A stretch of 64,000 nt of DNA from Alphaproteobacteria bacterium (GTDB taxonomy: Bacteria > Pseudomonadota > Alphaproteobacteria > CALMVH01). The translations under genes and the position numbers were made by a program. Location of the stretch: contig CBDAQV010000001.1 in the NCBI GenBank assembly GCA_965199265.1, positions 86,739 through 150,738 on the forward strand, given 5' to 3'. The notes under the pieces were generated by a model. The model did not search any database. It was not told the DNA's origin and saw nothing but the letters and a program-made list of their open reading frames with translations. Below, in pieces: positions 56,038 to 63,261 of this stretch; position 1 is the first letter of the stretch; every line of letters begins with the position of its first letter.

Positions 56038-56061
56038 CCCGGCAGGCTGGAACCTGCCGGG
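56038..56061 (+). terminator. 9-bp hairpin CCCGGCAGG-ctggaa-CCTGCCGGG directly after the RND gene
   Basis: Perfect stem read from the sequence. It is not followed by a U-tract. Confidence 0.4.
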
Positions 56062-56295
56062 CAGAAACTGCCGGATGACGGCATGCCGCCCGCTTGCGCC
56101 CATGCACGTCGCCGATTGTGGCGGCTCAATTAAATTTCTCTTCACCATACCTGCCGCCCGCAGCCCAGCAAACACGCCGATTTGTCCCTTGGCACGGTTT
56201 TCGCTACCATTTTCTGTGGAACCATGGCGCGTGTCTTATGTTGATAATGCTGAAAGGTTCTGTTAAAACAGTTTTTACTAAACGGCGGGTTAAGA

Positions 56296-56526
56296 ATGTC
56301 GCAGCGGTCCACCATATCCACTTCACGCGCCTCGGGATTGAAAGTCTCGCGCCGCGACGCGCGCGTGTTCCTTTTCTCGACCGTATTGATGACGACCATC
56401 TTTGCCGGTGCGCTGAACATCGACAGCCAGTTTAACGGCGGCCGCGTTGGCAGCGCTCTGGTCTCACACAGCCAGATGGCAAGTCTGGACAAGGACATCT
56501 GCTCCGCGTCTCGGTTCATGAACTGA
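56296..56526 (+). CDS. Possible small membrane protein (76 aa) in a long lower-GC intergenic region
   Basis: It has one hydrophobic segment, VFLFSTVLMTTIFAGAL. The SD is weak and no motif was recognised. It could be non-coding. Confidence 0.2.
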   Translation: MSQRSTISTSRASGLKVSRRDARVFLFSTVLMTTIFAGALNIDSQFNGGRVGSALVSHSQMASLDKDICSASRFMN

Positions 56527-56621
56527 TTGAACGTCCAGAGTTCCAGCGTTTAGTTCTTGCGCCGAGGCGTAGAATGTCCTAATTCAAACGTCTTACCCGT
56601 TCCACGCGTCGGCACAGTTCC

Positions 56622-56891
56622 ATGAAAAAAGACATTCATCCGCAGTACAACACGATCAACGTCATCATGACGGACGGTTCGGCGCATCGCTTTCGCAGCA
56701 CGATGGGCAAGGACGGGGACACGCTTCGCCTCGATGTCGATCCCAAATCGCATCCGGCCTGGACCGGCGGAACGCAGCAGGTGTTGCGAGCCGGGGCGAT
56801 GGACCGGTTCAACAAGAAGTTTGCCAGTTTCGGCGTTGCCAAGACCGCAGCCCAGCCTGGGGCTAAAAAGGACGAAGAAAAGTCCGCTTGA
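56622..56891 (+). CDS. rpmE: 50S ribosomal protein L31 (Cys-less form)
   Basis: [50 protein letters not shown]. There is no CxxC motif. Confidence 0.95.
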   Translation: MKKDIHPQYNTINVIMTDGSAHRFRSTMGKDGDTLRLDVDPKSHPAWTGGTQQVLRAGAMDRFNKKFASFGVAKTAAQPGAKKDEEKSA

Positions 56892-56900
56892 AGCCAAGCC

Positions 56901-57305
56901 TTACGAGGCTGCCTGTTTAAGCATTTCCTCTAGCCGCAAAGCCCTTTGGTATAAAGACTGGGTGCGATCCAGCAGGCTCTGCAGGCCGTCCGGCAAGATT
57001 TCCTTGTCCTCCAAAGACGGCTCCTCCGTGCAGAACTCGCCTCCATAGATCGCGAACCCTTCGCCGCGTGCCTGATCCATGGGGATTTCTCCTGACCGCG
57101 CAGCCTTTTCCGTCAACAGCCATGTCATGACCTGGCTGAGGCGCGCCGTGACCCGGAGCGTCTCGTAACTGACCCGCAGCCGCGCGTTGGTCTGCAGCTT
57201 CTCGTTGGTCCGCTCGGCGAAAGTGATGTAGCTGCGGGCCTCGTTCAGCAGCAACACCGTTTCGTTATACAGCCGGTCGATAACCATCAGGGATTGGGTC
57301 GGCAT
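56901..57305 (-). CDS. rcdA: DUF1465 / RcdA-like (regulator of CtrA degradation) protein
   Basis: LYNETVLLLNEARSYI...RLRVSYETLRVTARLSQVMTWLLTEKAARSGEI fits the DUF1465 pattern. An alternative start at 57320 is possible. The rest of track ORF 56901..57935 is antisense to hsp20. Confidence 0.7.
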   Translation of the reverse strand: MPTQSLMVIDRLYNETVLLLNEARSYITFAERTNEKLQTNARLRVSYETLRVTARLSQVMTWLLTEKAARSGEIPMDQARGEGFAIYGGEFCTEEPSLEDKEILPDGLQSLLDRTQSLYQRALRLEEMLKQAAS

Positions 57306-57329
57306 CGCTCTGGTCTCCATCGGTCGGCC

Positions 57330-57357
57330 CTTGAACGAGCCGGTTGCATTCCCATCT
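57330..57357 (+). promoter_or_regulatory. Sigma32 (RpoH)-type heat-shock promoter candidate
   Basis: cCCTTGAA-N15-CCCATCTa compared with the consensus CCCTTGAA-N13-17-CCCCATNT. It lies about 100 nt upstream of hsp20. Confidence 0.5.
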
Positions 57358-57364
57358 ACATCAA

Positions 57365-57455
57365 GCCGGGTGCTCCCAGGAGATCCGGCGTCGTCCGGGG
57401 TTCGACCATGACGGTGAACCCTTAATTTCAGGTATCGCTTCAACGGAGGGTATCC
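57365..57455 (+). promoter_or_regulatory. ROSE-like RNA thermometer in the hsp20 5' leader
   Basis: The final hairpin at 57432-57453 is GUAUC(G)CUUC-aac-GGAGGGUAU. UCGCU (the U(U/C)GCU motif) pairs with the SD GGAGG, leaving one bulged G. The ATG follows 2 nt later. Confidence 0.5.
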
Positions 57456-57926
57456 ATGCGCAGTTACGATTTTTCTCCCCTTTTCCGCTCCACCGTGGGC
57501 TTCGACCACATGTCGCGCCTGCTGGAAACGGCTCTTAGCGCCGAAGAGTCCAGCGTCGCCTACCCGCCCTACAACATCGAACGCCTTGAAGAAAATCAGT
57601 ATCGCATCACGATGGCGGTGGCGGGTTTCTCGCAAGAAGACCTCGACATCACGTCGGAGAACAATACCCTGACGATCAAGGGCGGCGTCAGGCCGAAGGG
57701 TGAAGAGGCTTTCAAAGGGCAGTATCTGTACCGTGGCATCGCCGGGCGCGCGTTCGAGCGCCGCTTCCAGCTGGCCGACCATGTCGGCGTCACGGGGGCG
57801 TCGCTCGAAAATGGGCTGTTGCATGTCACTCTGGAGAGGAAGGTGCCGGAACAGCTCAAACCTCGCACGATCAAGATCGGGGCCACGGCAAATGGCCCGA
57901 CGATCGAGCATCATCACGCGGCTTGA
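57456..57926 (+). CDS. Hsp20/alpha-crystallin small heat-shock protein (IbpA-like)
   Basis: MRSYDFSPLFRSTVGFDHMSRLLE..YPPYNIERLEENQYRITMAVAGFSQEDLDI..LYRGIAGRAFERRFQLADHV. Confidence 0.95.
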   Translation: MRSYDFSPLFRSTVGFDHMSRLLETALSAEESSVAYPPYNIERLEENQYRITMAVAGFSQEDLDITSENNTLTIKGGVRPKGEEAFKGQYLYRGIAGRAFERRFQLADHVGVTGASLENGLLHVTLERKVPEQLKPRTIKIGATANGPTIEHHHAA

Positions 57927-57949
57927 CGCTTGCAACTACCGGCAAGTAT

Positions 57950-57975
57950 GGAACGGGGGCTTCGGCCCCCGTTCC
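57950..57975 (+). terminator. 11-bp perfect hairpin GGAACGGGGGC-ttcg-GCCCCCGTTCC after hsp20
   Basis: Read directly from the sequence. It is followed by tgtatcc, a weak U-tract. Confidence 0.6.
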
Positions 57976-58023
57976 TGTATCCTACAGGAAAAGAGAATTT
58001 TCTGGCGATCTCATTTAAATTTG

Positions 58024-58048
58024 GGAACGATAATATCTCTCTTTAGTT
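58024..58048 (+). promoter_or_regulatory. EcfG-type general-stress promoter candidate
   Basis: GGAAC-gataatatctctcttt-AGTT. The spacing and the AGTT are identical to the candidate at 16054-16030. It lies 46-60 nt before the next ORF. Confidence 0.5.
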
Positions 58049-58108
58049 ATGTAATTAACCCGCGGCAATCCGAGGGAAAACGACCACAGCCCAATGGAGA
58101 TGGCTCGC

Positions 58109-58672
58109 ATGTCTACCACCACGACGATTACCCGCATGTACGCGACCTATGACAAGGCCGCGCAGGTTGTTAAGGACCTTGAGGCCGCCGGCATTCCTCA
58201 CAGCGAGATCACGATACTTTCGAATAGCGCGCAGCATACCAACCTTGGCAAGTACGGTCAGGAGAGCGAGAAGCAGATCGATCGCGATGTGCTGTACGAC
58301 ACCGCTGCGGGAACCGGCGCGGTCGGCGCGGTCGGCGGGTTGCTTGCCGGCCTCGGCTTGCTCGTACTTCCAGGCATCGGCCCGTTCGCGGCGGCCGGAT
58401 GGTTTGCCGCGACGCTGGCGGGTGGCGCGCTCGGAACAGCGGCAGGAGCTGCCGCAGAAGGCATCGCTGAACTGTTCTCCTCGCATTCCGGTGTCGACCG
58501 TGAAACCGCCAGCCGTTACGTCGCGGGCGTCCAGGCCGGCGGAACGATGGTTGCGGTGCGTTCGGATGTCGGCCGCCTTTTTACGATCGAAGGCATCATG
58601 GGTACGAACGACACCGCATACGACACTCTGGGTACGACCAACACCACGACCGGAAGCAGCCGCGTCGCTTAA
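58109..58672 (+). CDS. General-stress-protein-17M/YflT-like protein with a central glycine-zipper membrane segment
   Basis: ITRMYATYDKAAQVVKDLEAAGIPHSEITILS, then GAVGAVGGLLAGLGLLVLPGIGPFAAAGWFAATLAGGALG, then RYVAGVQAGGTMVAVR. Confidence 0.7.
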   Translation: MSTTTTITRMYATYDKAAQVVKDLEAAGIPHSEITILSNSAQHTNLGKYGQESEKQIDRDVLYDTAAGTGAVGAVGGLLAGLGLLVLPGIGPFAAAGWFAATLAGGALGTAAGAAAEGIAELFSSHSGVDRETASRYVAGVQAGGTMVAVRSDVGRLFTIEGIMGTNDTAYDTLGTTNTTTGSSRVA

Positions 58673-58708
58673 GGCGCGTGGTTTCAACAAGTCAGGAGAA
58701 GACAGACG

Positions 58709-59041
58709 ATGAGTCGCAATCGCTTCAAGAAGCAACTGAGCCGGGTCGGCGATAGCGTCGATGATTTCATCGATGACGCCAGCGACCGCTACGAATCTGT
58801 CCGCGACGATCTGCGTCGCCGGACGGGACGCGTCCGCGATCGCGCTCAGGATGTCCGCGAAAGTGCGGAGGACGCCTGGGACAACCGCGGCGACCTTGTC
58901 GACGATCTGGTCGACGGCGCGCGTTCGTGGGGTGAATGCGCGACGTCGTACGCCGTTGCGCGGTTCCGCCGGGACCCTGTGGGTACGGTGGCGGTCGGCG
59001 CAATCGGTTTCTGGCTGGTGGGCAAGCTGCTGAAGCGTTAG
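58709..59041 (+). CDS. DUF883 (ElaB/YqjD-like) stress-induced tail-anchored protein
   Basis: The body is a charged helical region. The C-terminal anchor reads PVGTVAVGAIGFWLVGKLLKR. Confidence 0.8.
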   Translation: MSRNRFKKQLSRVGDSVDDFIDDASDRYESVRDDLRRRTGRVRDRAQDVRESAEDAWDNRGDLVDDLVDGARSWGECATSYAVARFRRDPVGTVAVGAIGFWLVGKLLKR

Positions 59042-59063
59042 CTTCACTTCATGGCTATGGGAA

Positions 59064-59092
59064 AGGCGCTCCGGAAACGGAGCGCCTTTTTT
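59064..59092 (+). terminator. Rho-independent terminator
   Basis: AGGCGCTCCG-gaaa-CGGAGCGCCT followed by TTTTTT. It lies between convergent genes, so it may act on both. Confidence 0.85.
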
Positions 59093-59113
59093 CCATCGAG
59101 TGCGAAAGGTTTT

Positions 59114-59308
59114 CTAGTCAAATCGCTCTGGCAATCTGAAGAGCGCGACCGCTGCCTCCGCATGACTCTGTTTCTTGCTGATTTCGGTGCGGACGCGGGC
59201 AATCTCCGCTTCCATCTCGGCTATGTAACTTTCAAGTTCCGCAAGCGAGAGGGGATCGAGCGATCTCAGGCTTTTCAGCTTCTTGGGAATATCGTCGTCG
59301 TCGAGCAT
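59114..59308 (-). CDS. DUF1192-family protein
   Basis: LDPLSLAELESYIAEMEAEIARVRTEISKKQSHAEAAVALF. Confidence 0.8.
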   Translation of the reverse strand: MLDDDDIPKKLKSLRSLDPLSLAELESYIAEMEAEIARVRTEISKKQSHAEAAVALFRLPERFD

Positions 59309-59412
59309 GAGCGAGATCTACTATAGACCTCGCCTTGGGTGAAGAACTTTGCAAGTACAGCTGGTAAAGAGGCGAGGCTACGCTACGCTAGAAGCCACGG
59401 TAGCAGACAAAT

Positions 59413-59532
59413 TCCTCCCTAACCGGGAGAGGGTGGGCGAGGGGCGATCGGCCGTCGCAAGAGGGCGCAAACATGCGAAGTGCCCGACTGCCAGTCCAGT
59501 CCGGACAGTAGACCCCTCCCATGCGGGAGAGG
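59413..59532. repeat. Pair of imperfect palindromic units of the CCTC(T)CCC..GGGAGAGG / GGGTGGGCGAGGGG family
   Basis: The units are cctccctaaccgggagagggtgggcgagggg and, about 80 bp later, cccctcccatgcgggagagg. Same family as the element at 33215. Confidence 0.5.
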
Positions 59533-59545
59533 CAAGTGCCGGAGT

Positions 59546-60694
59546 TCAAGCGATTGCCCTGGTCATGAGGCTCGAACGCTCCGCCGACACAGCTTCTTTT
59601 CCAAGCTCAAGCCTTAGCAGTTCGTCCGGCCAGGCATCGTACAGTGCGAGCGCAGCGGTAGCTCGGGCGATGGCCGGGGCTGCCTGTATGCCGTAGCCGC
59701 CCTGGCCGGCGCACCAGATGAAATTGGGAGCTTTCGCATCGTAGCCCACGACGGGCGAACGGTCTGCGACGAAGCTGCGAAGGCCCGCCCACGAGCGCTC
59801 GACGCGAATGATCTCCAGGTTGGCTGCCTGCCGTATACGGTCGATGGCGACCGCGACGTCGTAATCGTCGGCGTAAACGTCGCAAGGCGCGATGTCCGTT
59901 TCCTCGGCAGGCGAGACCAGGAGCCGTCCGGATTCAGGCTTGAAGTAAAAGCTTTCCTCGAAATCGATGACAAACGGCCAGAGCGATGCATCGATGCCGG
60001 TTGGCGTCGGGACGATCGCTGCTGTGCGCCGCTTCGGCGTCAGGCCTACTTTGCGCGCTCCGGCAAGGCCCGCGATCTCGTCGGCCCAGGCGCCTGCGGC
60101 GTTGACGAGAGTCTCGGCTTCCAGCGTTTCGCCAGACGTTTCGATCCGCCATTTGTCTCCCCTCCATTCCAGGGCACGGACGCCTGCCTTGAAGCGTACG
60201 GCGCCTCCGCGTTTTTTCAAACCACGCAGGTATCCCTGGTGGAGGGCGTCCACGTCCATATGCATCGCCCCAGGCTCGTAGATCCCGCCCACGACCCAAT
60301 CCCGGCGCAGCGCCGGAACGAAAGCGATCGCCTCGACGGCGGAAACGCGGCGTACTGTCGGCACCAGGCGGCGGAACGCTGCCGCTGTTTCGTCCATCCG
60401 GCTTTCGGTGCCGGCGCGCCCGATCAGCAGTTCGCCATGGGGCGGCGTCAGGAGCTTATGTTCTGTGAAATCGGCAGGCGGGTCGAGCAGGAAGGCGCGA
60501 CTGGCACTGTTGAAGGCGCGGATCGTCGCATTGCCGTAGGTTTCGGAGTAAATCGCGACCGACCGGCCGGTCGTATGGTAGCCTGCGACGCCTTCCTGCT
60601 CCAACACCAGCACGCTGCCATGCGCCGCCAGCTCGTAAGCGGCGGAAGCCCCTGCCATCCCGGCGCCGATGACAACGAAGCGGTACACGCCCAT
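59546..60694 (-). CDS. FAD-dependent oxidoreductase (DAO / glycine-D-amino-acid oxidase family)
   Basis: FVVIGAGMAGASAAYELA is the GxGxxG dinucleotide fold. NAAGAWAD and CAGQGGYGIQ follow. Confidence 0.85.
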   Translation of the reverse strand: MGVYRFVVIGAGMAGASAAYELAAHGSVLVLEQEGVAGYHTTGRSVAIYSETYGNATIRAFNSASRAFLLDPPADFTEHKLLTPPHGELLIGRAGTESRMDETAAAFRRLVPTVRRVSAVEAIAFVPALRRDWVVGGIYEPGAMHMDVDALHQGYLRGLKKRGGAVRFKAGVRALEWRGDKWRIETSGETLEAETLVNAAGAWADEIAGLAGARKVGLTPKRRTAAIVPTPTGIDASLWPFVIDFEESFYFKPESGRLLVSPAEETDIAPCDVYADDYDVAVAIDRIRQAANLEIIRVERSWAGLRSFVADRSPVVGYDAKAPNFIWCAGQGGYGIQAAPAIARATAALALYDAWPDELLRLELGKEAVSAERSSLMTRAIA

Positions 60695-60710
60695 TTCGGG
60701 TAAGCGCGGA

Positions 60711-62123
60711 CTAGCTGGCCAAGGCGCGGCGCAATAGCTCTACGTCTTCCGCCATGGCGGGGTCGCTGATCATCAGCTCGTCGACTTTTTTGCAAGCGTG
60801 CATGACAGTGGTGTGATCGCGGCCGCCGAACTTGCGCCCGATCTCGGGAAGCGAGTGCGTGGTCAGCTGCTTGGACAGGTACATCGCGACCTGCCGAGGC
60901 CTGGCGACGATGCGGCTGCGGCGGTCGGAGTACATTTCCGCGACCTTCAAGTTGAAGTGCTCTGCCACCTTGCGCTGTATTTCCTCGACGGAAAGCCGCC
61001 GGTCGTTGGCGCGCAGTAGGTCGCGCAGGACATCCTGTGTCGTTTCCAGGGTCACGGGCCGGCCGACCAGGTCGGCATGGGCGACGATGCGGGTCAGCGC
61101 CCCTTCCAGCTCGCGCACGTTCGAGCTGATCTTATGCGCCAGGAACTCCATGACTTTCAGCGGCACCTCGCACTGGAAGCTTTCCGCTTTCGATTGCAGG
61201 ATGCCGAGGCGAAGCTCGTAGGTCGTCGGATGGATGTCGGCGACCAGGCCCCAGCCGAGGCGAGAGCGCAACCGCTCTTCCATCCCGTCGAGGTCCGAGG
61301 GGCTCTTGTCGGCCGAGATGACAATCTGCCGGTTCTGGTCGGCAAGGGCGTTGAAGGTGTGGAAGAACTCTTCCTGCGTCGAATCCTTGCCGCAGATGAA
61401 CTGGATGTCGTCGATCATCAGTACGTCGACCGAACGGAACTGGTCCTTGAACTCGACCGTGTCCTTGTAGCGCAGCGCGCGCACGAACTCGTACATGAAC
61501 TTCTCGGCCGAAAGGTACAGCACCCGGCGCTGCGGCCCGCGCTTGCGGATCGCCCAGGCGATCGCGTGCATCAGGTGCGTCTTGCCCAAGCCGACGCCGC
61601 CGTAAAGGAATAGCGGGTTAAAGGGCGCGTTGTCGGCTTCGGCGACGCGGCGTGCGGCGGCGTGCGCCAGTTCGTTCGGCTTGCCGACCACAAAATTCTC
61701 GAAAGTGAAACGGGCATCCAGCGCGCCGAGCAACGGGTCGCCTGTGACAAGGTCGGCGGGAATGCGCTGGCCGAACCGGAAAGCCGACAGGGCGTTCGGC
61801 GGCTCGGGCGAGACCTGGCCCGCCGGCTGTTCGACAGGCGCCAAATTCTGCGAGCGGGGCGAAACGGCGTCCGCCTTGATCTCGACGCCGTGCACGGCCG
61901 GGTTCCTGCCGGTCCAGAGCTCGCGGATACGGTCGGCGTAGTGCGACTTGATCCAGGTAGCGGCGACGGAGGTGGCGACTTTCAGGATCACGTCGCCCTT
62001 GGACGGGCTAATGACTTCGACCCCCTGCAGCCAAGAGCGGAACGCCACGTCGCCGATCTCGCGCCGCAACGTGCCGGCAATTTCATGCCATTCGCGCGCA
62101 AGAACCGCCGGAGCAGTCATCAT
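60711..62123 (-). CDS. dnaA: Chromosomal replication initiator DnaA
   Basis: FENFVVGKPNELAHAAA, LYGGVGLGKTHLMHAI (Walker A), VLMIDDIQF, RLRSRLGWGLVADI and GRDHTTVMHACKKV. The ATG start at 62123 (MMTAPAV..) is preferred over the TTG at 62252. Confidence 0.95.
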   Translation of the reverse strand: MMTAPAVLAREWHEIAGTLRREIGDVAFRSWLQGVEVISPSKGDVILKVATSVAATWIKSHYADRIRELWTGRNPAVHGVEIKADAVSPRSQNLAPVEQPAGQVSPEPPNALSAFRFGQRIPADLVTGDPLLGALDARFTFENFVVGKPNELAHAAARRVAEADNAPFNPLFLYGGVGLGKTHLMHAIAWAIRKRGPQRRVLYLSAEKFMYEFVRALRYKDTVEFKDQFRSVDVLMIDDIQFICGKDSTQEEFFHTFNALADQNRQIVISADKSPSDLDGMEERLRSRLGWGLVADIHPTTYELRLGILQSKAESFQCEVPLKVMEFLAHKISSNVRELEGALTRIVAHADLVGRPVTLETTQDVLRDLLRANDRRLSVEEIQRKVAEHFNLKVAEMYSDRRSRIVARPRQVAMYLSKQLTTHSLPEIGRKFGGRDHTTVMHACKKVDELMISDPAMAEDVELLRRALAS

Positions 62124-62449
62124 GGAGTCGGAAGGATCGTGTCCGCCGGAATTTTGCGCGTCGACTTCGGTTTCCGGCAAAGCGAAAGCCGACTTCACTG
62201 CTGATAGTTGAGCCAAACAGACCCCCTCGAAATTCAATACCCGCACGTTCAAAATCCTTCGCCTTGCCGGTCAGGTCCCCACCTCACAGACAAAGCTTTC
62301 CTAGTGGCTGCAGCGACTCACCACATCCCCCAAAGCCACACAATATTTTTAAGCATTACTCGTTGCGCGTGAAGAAGATTGTATGTGAGGCTGATGGCGC
62401 GCGCAAGGGAAAAAGAATCGGAACCGACAAATGCCGGCGCGCGCTCAAT

Positions 62450-62481
62450 AAAAAAAGCGCCCGCTCTTTCGAATGGACGCT
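62450..62481 (-). terminator. Rho-independent terminator of rpsT
   Basis: Minus-sense AGCGTCC-attcgaaagagc-GGGCGCT followed by TTTTTTTATT. Confidence 0.65.
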
Positions 62482-62505
62482 TGAGCTACTATAATATGCA
62501 GCAGG

Positions 62506-62781
62506 TTACTGAGCCTTGACTTCCAAAGCCTTGATCCGGGCGTGAAGTCGCGAAAGCTTTCGTGAAACCGTATTGCGGTGCAGGGTATGCTTGTTGACGG
62601 CCCGATGCAGCTCCGGCGTCACTTCGCGAAAGGCTTCCTGCGCGGCCGAGGCGTCGCCGGTGGCGATTGCCGTTTCGACCTTGCGGACGAAGGTGCGGAT
62701 GCGGCTGAGGCGTGCGCGGTTGATTACAGCGCGGTTTTCATTGCGGCGAATGCGTTTCTTGGCCGAGACATGTTGTGCCAT
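62506..62781 (-). CDS. rpsT: 30S ribosomal protein S20
   Basis: [36 protein letters not shown]. Confidence 0.95.
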   Translation of the reverse strand: MAQHVSAKKRIRRNENRAVINRARLSRIRTFVRKVETAIATGDASAAQEAFREVTPELHRAVNKHTLHRNTVSRKLSRLHARIKALEVKAQ

Positions 62782-62855
62782 AGGATGCTGATCCGGAAAA
62801 GGTCTGAAGCGAAGCGGCGAACTTAGTGGCAGCCCATTAAAGGGTCAAGCTGAAT

Positions 62856-63236
62856 TTAGCGCGCCGGGCTGTCGTCAGGGCTGAGGCTGAAGCGAACGGT
62901 GGTGCCGGGCGGCTGCGCGAGCGTTTCCAGCACAAGGTTTTCACCGTCGCGGGAGTAGCGCGAAGGTCCGGTCTGACGCCATCCGAGCGCGGGCAGGGCG
63001 GACGCATAGTACTTGACGACAGCGTCAGGCGTCACCAGGCCGGCGGCGCTGGTTTCGACGATGCGCCCCTCGGGCTTGTCCAGCTGTGTGGTCGCGCCGT
63101 CGGGCTGGGCAAGCCCGGGCATGAGCGGCAGGTCCTCGATGCCGGTCACGTAGGCTTCCTGCGCCCGGGCGCAAACGGAAAATACAATCAGGGCGGGAAC
63201 GAACAGGAAGCGTGCTTTGCGAAACATCTTGGTCAC
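62856..63236 (-). CDS. Hypothetical secreted protein
   Basis: MFRKARFLFVPALIVFSVCARAQE is a signal peptide. No motif was recognised. Confidence 0.6.
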   Translation of the reverse strand: MTKMFRKARFLFVPALIVFSVCARAQEAYVTGIEDLPLMPGLAQPDGATTQLDKPEGRIVETSAAGLVTPDAVVKYYASALPALGWRQTGPSRYSRDGENLVLETLAQPPGTTVRFSLSPDDSPAR

Positions 63237-63261
63237 ATGATAGCCGTATGCCCGCCTCGGC

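Noticed and set aside
56263-56277. CtrA box (TTAA-N7-TTAA) near the rcdA-like gene
   Set aside because: The sequence is TTAA-N7-TTTA, so the second half-site is imperfect. It lies about 1 kb from the rcdA-like start, on the far side of rpmE, and a single hit like this is expected by chance in AT-rich DNA.
62124-62505. Calling the dnaA-rpsT spacer the replication origin
   Set aside because: No cluster of good DnaA boxes and no AT-rich 13-mer-like repeats are present. Alphaproteobacterial origins are usually hemE-linked.
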